This document shows positions 52,424-64,000 of a stretch of DNA of 64,000 nt, one piece after another. The position numbers were made by a program, and so were the translations under genes. The notes under the pieces are model-generated. The model ran no database searches. It was not told the origin of the DNA and was given only the letters and a program-made list of their open reading frames with translations. Source of the DNA: Patellaria atrata CBS 101060. Taxonomy: Eukaryota. How positions within the stretch are numbered: position 1 is the stretch's first letter; the number at the start of each line of letters is the position of its first letter. Location of the stretch: NCBI GenBank assembly GCA_010093705.1, contig MU006093.1, positions 1,199,301 to 1,263,300 on the forward strand, read 5' to 3'.

Positions 52424-53086
52424 ATGATGGGGGAGCTTAAATACCGAGCCCCTACTTCATCTCACCATCACGTGACCGTTCCAGATCTCGCGATGCTCTT
52501 CCAACGGACCAATCTCAGCAAGCCGTCTTCTCCGCCCCAAGGCGTCCAATTCGCCAAATTTTCCGCCGAAGCGCTCACCGCCATTCGCAAGCTCTCCCCG
52601 GACAAGTTCTTAGTCTTGTTCACACCTTTCCTCCCCGCTTGGCCCCAGCTTAGTGGTAATCCACAATCTACCGCTCCTTCAACGAACGATCTCAGCCAGC
52701 GGAAATACATGGATCCATTCGAACCGCTGGGGAGGGCCCTCAGCTTACATCATGCAAGTGTGCGGCATGTTCCGTACGTCCCCGATGTTGGAATTCTCGA
52801 TATCCATGTCTCTTTCCTACGGAGTGCGGGGGCTGCCATAGTACTGGTCGCTGGTGACGAACTAGAAGACGAGGGCGTAATGGAACAGTGGGATTTCGCT
52901 TACGACGTCTTGGATGCGGTGGAAGGGTGCGTGGATGTACCTGTGGTCGCAGTTCAAATCGGGCACGAGTTTGGAAGTGCAAGAGAACAAGAGGCTATAT
53001 TACAAGGGTTCGATACGGTATTGAGGTGTCCATACGACGCTTTGGTGGGCGACCGTGGCGTTGCCCAGCGTATCTTTGGGGTCTGA
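52424..53086 (+). CDS. Fungal hypothetical protein (220 aa)
   Basis: TATAAAA ~27 bp upstream; intronless ORF containing LVLFTP and DPFEPLGRALSLHHASVRHVPY. Confidence 0.75.
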   Translation: MMGELKYRAPTSSHHHVTVPDLAMLFQRTNLSKPSSPPQGVQFAKFSAEALTAIRKLSPDKFLVLFTPFLPAWPQLSGNPQSTAPSTNDLSQRKYMDPFEPLGRALSLHHASVRHVPYVPDVGILDIHVSFLRSAGAAIVLVAGDELEDEGVMEQWDFAYDVLDAVEGCVDVPVVAVQIGHEFGSAREQEAILQGFDTVLRCPYDALVGDRGVAQRIFGV

Positions 53087-53441
53087 AGAAGTAATAAGGT
53101 TATAACGGCGTTTCTTCGGATGTTGATACCGGTGTTCATATTGTGTAATTATTCTCGTCTGGGTTTTTTGTGGGATCATCAGTGAATGACAGCTGAGCAG
53201 ACTGTCATGGCATGAGAAGGTAGCATATTGTTTGGTTGGTTGTCGGTATGTTCCGTCATGTAAAAATGCTATTGCGACGTCTAATCATGGTATCTCTTAC
53301 AAAGCGTCTGAGAGCATAGTCCCCTAATTATCAATTAATCCATACATTCCACTGGTTAGAACGCCATTTTCACCCAATTACGGAAACCGAAAAGTTTAAT
53401 ATACTTCCAAGATGATAGAGATCTACACCGTCCTTCCAGAA

Positions 53442-54016
53442 TTACTGTTCCATATAGGCAGCTCCGTTCGGTCTAATTTTCCCAGCATCTCCAATGGCTG
53501 TAGTAGCGCCTCGTAACGCGCTGGTCACCGTTCGTGTTACGGTGCCCAGATGTATGGTACTCGCTTGACCGTTGGTCTCGTCACCGGCGTAGTAATAAAA
53601 CGCGCGTCTTGCTATCGTCGAGATATGCTCGGGCAGATATAGAGAGGTAGCAATTATAATCATGGAAAGGAATAAGAATAGGAAGGAGTCTGTTCCTGCA
53701 TTAGCGGCCTCCTTCGTCTATGGTGAGAAGGGAGGGACCAGAACGCTGGGAGGAGCGGAAACTGGTGCACTCGGGTAGTAGAGAGGTTCCAAGGAATCAG
53801 AAGGGGAGACAAACTGAATATGACGCGCTCAATGGGTGTTAACATGTACAATGCTAGTGTGACATCGTACTGGTACTTTTTAAGCCGGAGCCAGCGGAGG
53901 AGGTTCGAGGGAAATAAGAACGTCGCGGCGAAGACTAGAATAATCGACGCGGCGATAAAAGAGTATGTCGTGGTTTCGAAGGTTCCGCTCATGATGACTG
54001 GTATTGCACTCGACAT
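53442..54016 (-). CDS. Serine palmitoyltransferase small-subunit-like protein (DUF3317/Tsc3-like); intron 53814-53690
   Basis: RWLRLKKYQYDVTLALYMLTPIERVIF|NSFLFLFLSMIIIATSLYLPEHI. Start is either 54016 or 53992. Confidence 0.8.
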
Positions 54017-54201
54017 TATTAGGACTAGAATAGTGAAGGAGAGATCGGTGTTGTGCGTGCTGTTGAACTCCTTTAACAATCCCTAATCTCCGCCCTATCC
54101 CGCCAGCAGAATTTCGTTCACCGCCAAGATTACGCTAAACAGAGCTCCGTTGACGTTCAGCGACATCCCACGAACAAACACACGGTCTGTAAGCAGCTAC
54201 T

Positions 54202-55056
54202 ATGCGTCTACCTATAGCGACGGCAGCCGCCTTTCTTGCTTTCCTTTCTTCCTCATCCGCCATTCAACTCAGTGTCCTCATAAACCCCAGCGCCCTCCTC
54301 CCCAACCCATCCGTCCTCCCAGCGTCCACGCACGCCTCGCTTCATTCTTCCGGCCCCGAAATCGATGTTCCTCTAACACGTCAAAATACTTTTGAATTCG
54401 ACAACCTCACCGCTGGGAGCTATTTACTCACGGTTTACAGCCGCGACTTCATCTTCGAGCCGCTGAGGGTCGATGTAGCGGGCGAACCGGGCAAAGAGAC
54501 GGTTGGCGTATGGCAGACTTTTAGGGGCAATGAGTGGGATAATAAGGGTGAGAAGAGGGGAGAGGGCAGAGCGGGAACGGGCGCTCCCATCGTTACGGAG
54601 GTGAGGGTTGTGGCGCCGAAAGAGTTTTATCAGGAGAGGGGTGGATGTGAGTGGATCCTTCCCCATACGTTCATGAATTGGGAATGCTAATATCACGCTA
54701 TAGTCAACTTGCTGGGCTTTTTGAAGAGTCCGATGATTTTGATGGCACTCTTTTCGATGGCAATGATCTTTGGCATGCCGTATTTGATGGAAAATAGTAA
54801 GTTGCATCAACCCACCAGTGGCCGTCCGACCCTAGGTTTCTTTTGGTAAAGAGTTTGAGGCTAATAGTTGCTTATAGTGGATCCGGAGACCAAAGCTGAG
54901 TTTGAGGAAATGCAAAAGGCTAGTCCGCTTGCGTCTGCTAATAATCCCGCGGCGCAGCTGCAAAACTTTGACCTTGCGTCCTGGATGGCTGGCAAGACGT
55001 CCGGAGCGGATAAACAACAGTCTAGTTCTTCTTCTAGGCGAAAGGCTTCAAATTAA
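54202..55056 (+). CDS. EMC7: ER membrane protein complex subunit 7 (DUF2012); introns 54647-54703 and 54797-54877
   Basis: Signal peptide, FEFDNLTAGSYLL, FEPLRVDV, FYQERGGF...KSPMILM...MPYLMENMDPE. Confidence 0.85.
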
Positions 55057-55521
55057 ATGCTAAGTATGTATAATAGAACACGTTCGTGTCCCCAAATCAT
55101 AGTCACTCGCGGTTTTCAGCCCAGTCCTTTACAGTGCATATTGAAATGATATTTCCTTTGGTACAAACACATCTGAGTTATCTCCGCCAAAGTCGTGTCT
55201 TGTGATCTTTTCTAGGACTACTATGCGGTTAATCTCTTTAAGAGAACAACCCAGCCACTGGGAGTTTTCTATGAACATCTCCTAGTGTGGATGTCCGTAC
55301 TCTTCACCGAAATTTAAGGTAAACTCATATATCACATTTCTCGATACTTCTGGTTTGTCTCCTTCTCGCTAAATGGCTAATTTTCGCACTTCCTTCCCCA
55401 TTCTAGCATTCTAGACTTTCTCCACCTTTGGGGCCAAACTCTTTCCGAGCTGACTATACAGACCGTTAGACTCTCACAAAAAGACCAAAATATGTATTTT
55501 CCCCTTGTTTGTACAGAAACC

Positions 55522-55773
55522 GTACAGGGACCGGATAGTATTTATCTTAGCAGAGGGGATAGTCCTACGGTAGGTGTACAACAGCCAGGTAGTGTTTATT
55601 TTACTGGAAGGGAGATAAATACGGCCACCGTACCACACCCAATTAATCTTAATTTCAACGGAGACCGGAGACGGAAAACAAGCGTATTGCAACCAATTAG
55701 CGTTCATCCTATAGGAGCCCAAGCTTTTGTGGACAGCGTACCGTGCCTAAATGATTCTGATACTGATAGGTGA
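55522..55773 (+). repeat. Degenerate 54-bp (18-codon) tandem repeat inside a 93-aa ORF
   Basis: GTA at 55522, 55576, 55630, 55684 and 55738. Units read VQGPDSIYLS.., VQQPGSVYFTG.., VPHPINLNFNG.., VLQPISVHPIG.. Confidence 0.6.
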
Positions 55774-56694
55774 CCTCAATAAGGTACTCGTAACCACGGA
55801 TCAAACTGGCGATCATTAGTGACTACGCAAATCATAAAATATACTTTCCAACCCTACTATCCTCGACTTTGTAATTCCTCTCCATCAACAATCTCACTAC
55901 ACAATCCCCAGTACGAACGTCTTCTTTTCTAGATTCTCGTTGTCCCTGTCGCATTCTGTAATCCCGTTTTTTGACCACAGCCTCATTGTCTGCAACTCGG
56001 GCGATACTACCGTATAGCCACCGGCACTCGTCCTCGCGCTCAAAGAGTACATCAGGCCTTGGGTGTAGGATACTTTTGGAAGGAGATTTCCTAGGGTTAC
56101 CTGCAGTACCCTTGGTTGGACTTGGAAAGCAAATAAGAGGGTAAAAGAAGGGTTCGAGAGAAACAATTTAGGGCGTTAGAAAACTCGTTAGTAGCGAGTC
56201 AACTGTAGGCATAAAGGTACCGTACCGCCTAAACTTAGAAAAATCTCTGTCCAAATGTACTATTTGGCGCATGTTCCTTTTGATGCAAGCCTTCCGGGTA
56301 GTAGCTGTAGCGTTTACCGCTCCGTTTGCTTATGACATTTTTAAAGTAGCCTAATTTTCATGATTACATGAAATGAGTTTGACGCGGAGGCGTGAAGTTG
56401 TTGATAGCGGCGACACTCGTCGCAACTGTTGTCGAAAATAAGAATAGGCCGATACCTAACTATAAGGACTATTTACAGCGCAATAGTGCGCCCTATAAGT
56501 GCCTATAAGCTGTCAGCATACTTAGTATAAGTACCTTAGTGGGGATAAACTCTTGGCACACGAACTTCAGTCGCGTAACCGCGAACCGCGCATTCAACGT
56601 TTTCAGACTAATCTTGAAGCTTTACCTCCACCTCACTTTCATGTCCGTCGTTCTACATGCTATAGAATCATGAGACTTTACTAGATTAGGGCCC

Positions 56695-59600
56695 ATGACT
56701 TCATTTGCTACAAAGTAAGTAATTCTATATAAGTCCACTGCCCTTAATAGTGTTAATACTACCTAACGTGCCATCAAATACTAATAAGCCAATAATGCTT
56801 TCTAGTTCACTTTCAACCTCTGATGTTATAGATTTAATCAGCTGTTCAACCGACTCTGAGAGTGATGTTTTATCAAACTCAAAGGAGATCCTACGGCGGC
56901 GCAAGAAGAAACGAATCTCAAATCCTCCTCCACGATCTTCGACTCAACTGAGCACAACGAATTCACAGTCTACAGGAGAAGGGGACGGGAAACGGACACT
57001 ACTTTCAAGCGTGAACCGGCCCAGACTTTCGGCCAATAATATTGCGTCCGGGTCGTCAACGTCAATAATCGACCTGGTCACAGATCCTTCCAAGAGAGGT
57101 ACTGGAAAGATTAGGGCCTCAAATGGCGTGTCGTCAGAGCCCCGGCGCTCAAGTATCCCGCTCCCTGCGAATATTGCCAATTTGAGAGACGAAAATGGAA
57201 GAAGAATATTCAACACCCCAGTTCCCCTTCCTTCCAATATCAAACCAATAGTGGTGAAGGACGAAGCTTTGGACACTGCCCACGCTTTCTCGCATGATGC
57301 GCCCAAACGGGAATTAACTGTTGGATTAAGCAAAAGCCTAAGGCAATCGTCAACGTCTAGTCTATCCGTAGACACAACTGAAAGTTCTAAACAGTCGATA
57401 TCAGGGTCACAAAAGCGATACGTCGATGGTAGATTCAAAAGGAATACCATTACTACGAACGATGCGGACATTGTTCAAATCATCGACTCTAATAATCAAA
57501 CAAAGGAGCGTCGACACAGTTCGGAACCCGATGCAAAGCATGTACGTGTGAGTGAGGTGATCTCTCGGGCAAATCTAGCGCAGCCGGAAAGGAAGCCTGC
57601 ATCGGGCAGAATTGAACAGATTGAACATGTCCAACAAGCAAACAAGGTGCATGGTATTGCAAAGAGTGAGAGACTGGCTCAGTATGAGACTTGGAAGTCT
57701 TTACCGGACGCGAAGGGACAACCATTCAGTCCAGAAGAGGACGAAAGAATTATACTTCTAAAAGAGAGTGAAGGGATGGGCTGGAAAGAATTACGGCAGT
57801 ACTTCCCGGGAAGATCTGAAGGGGCACTCTCGACTCGATATTGCAACAAGTTACATCCACGCCATAGACAACCTAGAAGTAAAACTCAATCACGAAAGGA
57901 CTTGGGCTCTAGGAAGAGCGACACAAAATTAGAGTTGCTTGGGTCCGGCGTGAATTCCCAGGCTCAAAATAGATTACGAAAACGATCCACACGCTCCTCA
58001 CTTAGTTCTGAGATAGTCCACACTCTGAAAACAAACATTCGGACTTCTGACATGCAACTACATAAGAAAGATTGTTTTTCGAGCTCACGTGGGGTTTCAC
58101 CCGCGAATGTAAATTCACCAAATTCATTTAATAGTCATCCTACACGCACTCGAGAGGCTATATTGCCTAACTTATCCTTTGGAGAGTCATTTTGGGAGGA
58201 ATCCGACGACGTCAAAGAGGAAGAGCGCGATAGGAGGGCAATGCCTATCTCTGTCACGGCTCAAGGTCCTCACCTCAATCAGGTAAGGGATGAAGTGAGC
58301 TTTAGATCAGACCCGCAGAAGGAGAACAAGACTCAACCAGAGTTTTTGGATCCTACAACGAGACCTTACCTATCATATCACGAACGCCAAGCTTTAAGGA
58401 ATGGCTTCGACCGCGCAACATGGGACCGTTCGAAACTAGTACAATGGGGTGGCACCAAAGTTCATGTAGATTTTGATGACTCTGAATTAGCACTCGTGGA
58501 AGTGAGCGCTGCAGCAATTATTCGGCCGAAGTGCCATCCAAAAGTTTATTCCGCTCTGGGACGTCTACAAAACATGCTCCGACAAGCTACTGCTGCCCAT
58601 ATTAATGGCATTGTCTGGCATTTAAGTACTGAAGCAGACCTTGGGTGTCGTAGTAGGAAGAGCATTGAGAGCTTCCTTCGCGATGTAACTGAAGGGTATG
58701 CGAACGTCTCTCCGGTCATTCACAAAATAGGGCCTCCCCGCCGTCATTTGTTCGAAGATGAATCTCACGGAGGTGGGCGCGCATCGCTCCTAAGACACCG
58801 CGAGATCGGGCAACGGGGTCGACGGTCTTGGGAGAGTACGACTAATAGACCATCCAGGGCTTTTATGAATGATGCCTATGACAGCATGGGACCAACTCTT
58901 TCTTTCACTGGCACATCCGGCGATGTAACTAGTGTTGCTTGGTCGCCTGATGGATGCGCTTTTGCCGCTGGTTCTGCGTGTCTTGTGGATACTGGTTCCA
59001 TGCAGTACAACAGGCCGAACAACCTGCTACTGGGGAATCGGCACAACAAAACTCTTATCGAGTTACCTGATCATCATGTTATCAGGGAAAGGCCAGAATC
59101 CGGAGTCAATTCGACAGAAGCCATGCACATTTCTCAAGATCCCCAGTTATTCATGACAGTCTCGATGGTGGATTTCTCTAATGATGGAAAATACATGTTC
59201 TCCGCTGGTTATGACGAAATGGTCCGAATATGGGACGTGAGTTCAGGAAATGATACCGTTTCTTGCGCCTTCACGCTCAAACATAAAGCTCCTGTAGACC
59301 TACTAGCCGTCAGTCCTGGAGGTATCCTAGCAACTGGATGTAGGAGGGTTGGGCAAAACAGTATTAAGTTAGTTCGAATCAGACCTGATAAGGCGAAACT
59401 TGTGGGATCATTCACATCACGGAAAGCGGTAGAGAAACCTCAGTATAAGTTATCCCCCTCTTGTTTGAGATGGGGTACGACTCATTACACCAGCAAATAT
59501 TTATTGGCTGGTTTCTGCTCTGATACTACGGATACGGTAAACGACATGTACGGCGAGGTCTGCCTATGGGATGCAGAGACATCACAACCACTTTCAGTAT

Positions 59601-61015
59601 TACCCAAAATGGGCAATTGTTTCGATGCGGTATGGGATCCTTATGAATTCGCCGTGCCTTCATTTGCCGTAGCGACAGTCGCAAATATACATTCGAATCG
59701 AGGGATCAAGTCCGTCATTAAGTTGTACAGCCAGCAAAGTTTGGATAAGTTCAGAGGGATGATGGAGCTCGAGTGTCCCGCTTTGGATATGAATGATGTG
59801 GTTTTCAACCCTTACGACCCTAATATTATTTCGGCAGGTTGTACTGATGGAGTGAGTTATATCTGGGATATCCGCCGCCCTGATTACATTCTGCATAAGT
59901 TACAGCATGGAGATCCTCTCATAGAACTGGAAGAATCTTCCTCTCGGGAGAATGTTGATACCGGTATCCGGTTCTTATCATGGCAAGCTGACCGAACTCG
60001 CCTCTTTTCCGGGTCCTCCGATGGAGTGGTAAAGTCGTGGGATATATATCGCTCCGCCGAAGACGTCTTAGTCAAGAATGTCGTTTCACTGAACTCGGGA
60101 GTAATGTGCGGAGCATTCAGCCCCGACTTTTCCAGCCTCTTACTCGGCGAGGTCAATGGATCTATCAACGTCCTAGAAGTGGGCCATGAGGACAAGACAC
60201 TGCACGATATGGAGGACTTCACATTCACAGCCGCCCTCCCTCCTTCAGTCGAAGACTCGCCTTCTGCGCCCTCTGATGAAGGCTCCGGCATCGCTCTAGC
60301 GGCGCAGCTCCTCGCTTCCAAACAACTTGAACTCCGACCTATGGGCGCCATCCCCATCCGCCAAGCAGTTCAAGGACCGGCGTACAACGGCCCTTACGAC
60401 GAAGCGATGGACGCCCCCGATCTCCACGACAAAGCGTACCTCTTTCAACGCAAACTCTGGAAGTCAGAGGTCCCTACCGATCCCTGTCCCCTGCCCACCT
60501 GTCGCGATAATCTGGGCAAGTTCGCGGTCGAGGACGTGGGCGACTCGGGCCGCAGCTGTGACCGCATCCCTTCGATCCTGAGATCTTCGAGACTGAAGGA
60601 TCCGAAGGATGCGAGTAGGCAGAAGAAGATGGCGGGGAGGGTCGGCGAGGCGAAATGCTCCGAGTGCGGTGCTACCGCCCGACCGCGAGATACTGGTGTC
60701 GGGGATGATGTTGCGCTGATTCTTTGCGAGAGGTGCTCGTTTGATTGTTTCCGCTGTGGGGGGAGGGCGAGTGTATCCGACGCTGTGGATGAGATTGAGT
60801 GTATGGGGTGTGAGTCCAGGTGGAGGGCGGATGTGTTGGGGTATTCTGTTGTTGAGAGACCAGGAAGGGGAAAGGAGAAGATCGAATGGGGTGTATTTGA
60901 GAAGGAAAGGGTAAGGGGGGAGTGTCTGGATACTGGTGATGGGACGGATCAAGAGGGTGGTGGGGATTTACTCGAGCTTGTGGAAGGTTATATAGATACC
61001 TTAGCTACCAACTAA
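56695..61015 (+). CDS. dim-9: WD40 protein of the DIM-9/DCAF26-Raf1 family with a Myb/SANT domain and C-terminal CxxC pairs; probable intron 56715-56805
   Basis: FSPEEDERIILLKE..GMGWKELRQYFPGRS (Myb-like), SGDVTSVAWSPDG...MQYNRPNNLLLG, IWDIRR (WDxR motif) and four CxxC pairs near the C-terminus. Confidence 0.72.
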
Positions 61016-61578
61016 GATGTACGGCTTGTGCACTGGTGTGCATGAAATTCTAATCTCAACTTGAAGGTGCTCACGTCTAGCACGGCTTTCGAATCGGTTA
61101 CAATGTGAGCACTGCTAGCATGGAATTGGGCTGGTTTGGTTGAGAATCGGGATATGAAATCCCCTATGTAATGCCATTTTAGTCTACGATACCCTCTAGT
61201 TAAGGAGACTTCTGACTTCATTGTACGTCTACTTCTACATGGAGTCCAGTCCACTTGATTACATGGACGCTATACACATATAGGAGTATCATCACCTCCG
61301 ACCCACTATGAGGTTCCCATCATCTGTACACTTAAGTCGAAGAAATCTCATCGACCAAGCCTACCGTATAGTTTTGTTCATCAGTATTCAATTGCATCCA
61401 ATCCTTGGCTCGTCTCACATGAGTTAGGTACGCTATTCTATCCACATAGAGAAAGGGGATCAGAGGATCCAGAGAACTTTGGTTAGAGCATATCAGGGAG
61501 GTTACAATATTCTGCGAGATCACGAGGTTTCAGTCTCGAGTGCTACTAGGGGAGAGTCATCCCGGGTGAGGTCAACAG

Positions 61579-62598
61579 TCATCCTGGTCTTCTTGAGACG
61601 GAGGGGGTTTGTTCGCGCTTCACTGGTGTAGACTTTTGGTCAGTTACAGATGGGTCTTCGGAAGCGGTTCCTGGTGTTTCTGCCGCTGAGGGACTATCGT
61701 CTAGCGTAGATATAGGAGTAACTTGTGTGTCGTCGATCCGCGGTATAGGATCGATACCGAGACGGCGGAGGCTCACTGACAAGTCTTAGTAGTGAGTGAG
61801 GCAAAAGGGAGCAAGTGTAAACTCACTCTCGGATCTTTAGTATATAACGAACTTGATCTCTTTTCCAGATTGGCCACGCAAAGGAGTATTCTTGTAATAC
61901 TCTCGAGGTATGTCTCTTAATCCTCCCTTGCTCGGTCCGTGTCAATTAAATCTGCTCCAAATAATCTATTACTGCAAAACGAACATAATAGAGCAATTGA
62001 TTCCTTCATTTTTATTATTATTTTTACTAATCGTTCAGTCGCCGAAATCGTAAAGCACTTTTCACCAGTCTTCCACCGTTTAGATCTTTCTAAGCGAGTT
62101 CGGTGACCTCGTTCGAAAGTGATAGTGATTCGACCGATATTTTCCACTTGAGAATATATTGTATCCTTATCCACTTCTATATTCTCATCCAAATCGAGTC
62201 AATATATGGTGTACCCCCTGGGTTAGATATATAAACATACCAATCGAAATTTTCCCAAATATCAAGGCCATATCCTCCCATCTGCCGTTGACAGCTGAGT
62301 GATATCCTCGATGAGAAGATCACCACCGTTGGAATAATTTGCAATAGTGAGGTCATAGGTCTCACTGCCCATTATGTCGCAACGCGCATCAACTAGGACA
62401 TTTGTTACGGAACGAAAGTGAAATTTCTCCTTAAGTCTTGTGACTATCTCGAATGGTTGATTTATGATGGCTTCAGTATAGCAACGCATAGACCCATCCG
62501 GCTGCTGAAAGACCTCCCTAGGTTTGGTATATTCATGGTAGCGTTGCTTGCTTTCCTTTGACCGGATGAACACCTCGATGCCCTCTTGGATTAATCAT
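61579..62598 (-). pseudogene. Decayed fungal hypothetical gene (DUF7918-like)
   Basis: YHEY...CYTEAIINQPFEI; frameshift near 62295 (AVNGRWEDMALIFGKISI lies in another frame); apparent broken acceptor (TTGG); IGRITITFER; FVIY*RS; SLRRLGI. Confidence 0.55.
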
Positions 62599-63637
62599 GA
62601 TAGGCGAAAGCAAAGAAAAGACACGAAGCGGAACGAGAGTTGTAGATGTATGAAGTCAAAAGAGAGATTAGAGACTACAAAAAGGTATATTGAATTAACT
62701 ACGTACCTGACGCCCCCATGTCACGCGAGCTACAGAACTTGGGTGACCGCAAACGCACAGCAAACGGACAACTCTCTAGATTACTTCAGATATGTTTCGA
62801 CCTGACACGGAGATCGGTTCCCCTTCATTGACCTTCACCCTCCCCTCATATACACAAACGCACCCTTTACCCTTAAACATCATTAACAACTGCCTTCCCC
62901 AAACATCCAATGCACTTTCTTCAAAACAAATAGCCGATTCGTAGTTCGGTGACAGACCACTTCTGACTTCCCTCACCACCACGCCGGGAAACCAGCCATG
63001 AAGTCCCGTATTAGGATAGTTGAAACGGTAACTCGGGATCGAGGTAGTCTGGTCGAGGTTTGACCCTAATTAACAGAACACCGAAAAACATTAATATGAC
63101 CGCCATCGTATAGACGCTCTTCGATAGTAACCTCATAGCAATCTCTCATGTGTTATATGAAATCCGCTCATCGAACTCGGGGGAAGGTTGAGGAATGTTA
63201 GCGAGGTCGTTCCATCAGTTCCATCTTCTCATGCTCGCTAAGGAAATACAGCTAATGATGGAAATTGTGCTCGACGGGTTGATCTGTATGAAGACCATAG
63301 CGGGATGACGAAATAAAAGATTGCTACGGTCATCTTCGTCTTCATATCTGCCAATATCTCTACTATTTCTTTCATTCCTAAGACAGGAAACGCCGTTCCC
63401 ACCTAACACAGTGTGTGACTATTCAAGCTACTGCTGGTGGAATCGAATTTTAGAAGACTTATAAGATGGTGTTTTGATCCATCTTCCATGATCTACTACG
63501 ATGCCCTTTCTTGCTAATCGAAACTAGATATTTTGCAAGTACTCTGGGTGAGAGGTCGTGGGATAATGATCCTGTGGTTTCAGTCGAGTTCCATACTCAA
63601 TTCCGTTAAATCCGGGTTCTTTTGAGTTTCGGGTCGC

Positions 63638-64000
63638 TATATAAAGGGTCGGATATCAACTTGGGAGCTGGGTAACAACATGTCTCTCATTTTTGAATTT
63701 TCCTTCTGTACTCTGTCTGTCCGACTGTCTACGTCTGCGATCTCGGAAAACTTCACGTAGGAATTAGATTGGAGATCCACGCCAATGATGACCAGTGGAT
63801 ATGGCGTCAAGTTACTGAACCCTTGTATAAATATGCCCTTACTCGAAATGTCCAGGTGCTCATTTCGACGACGGAAATAGAAATCATTATTCGTATATAA
63901 CCGAAGTAACGTCCTGCATAGCTTTTTGGTCTTCGCAATAGCCTTCTCGGCCCAATCGATGTTCTTGTTTCTGGAATCATTTCGCCGCGTAGATACTTGG
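63638..64000 (-). other. Open reading frame entering from the window edge (~120 codons), unidentified
   Basis: One minus-strand frame is stop-free from the window end to a TAG at ~63638. No motif recognised. Confidence 0.25.

Noticed and set aside
55897..56166. 89-aa minus-strand ORF or transposon fragment
   Set aside because: No transposase or RT motifs, no terminal repeats and no ATG start.

Overview
Eukaryotic, intron-containing DNA from a filamentous ascomycete (Pezizomycotina; Dothideomycete-like by gene content, which is an inference). About 24 genes can be assembled from GT-AG introns with CTRAY branch points: FacC/Yat1-type carnitine acetyltransferase, RAD57, GPI13, a DUF2011 protein, an NAD(P)-binding epimerase-like protein, a cytochrome P450, a flavocytochrome b2-like enzyme ending in a PTS1 (-AKL), a Nudix hydrolase, a Vtc2/3-type subunit, a delta-12 desaturase, ORC5, SelO/FMP40, CRT10, a THEM6-like thioesterase, an SPT small subunit, EMC7, a DIM-9/Raf1-like WD40 protein and several hypotheticals. 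No mobile element, rRNA, canonical tRNA or CRISPR array is supported. The best novelty candidate is a ~145-nt minus-strand unit at ~26535-26680 with a full Pol III layout (upstream TATA-like element, tRNA-type A and B boxes at tRNA spacing, oligo-T terminator). It does not fold as a tRNA; it forms a series of hairpins, one capped by C(UUCG)G. Second, three accessory genes are interrupted by in-frame TAG codons with the frame staying open. In an RBR E3 ligase the TAG sits exactly at a conserved Trp, so it is either pseudogene decay or a premature stop corrected by A-to-I editing. Third, many genes show a sense-strand C-rich to G-rich switch near their 3' ends. All exon boundaries and folds were read by eye.
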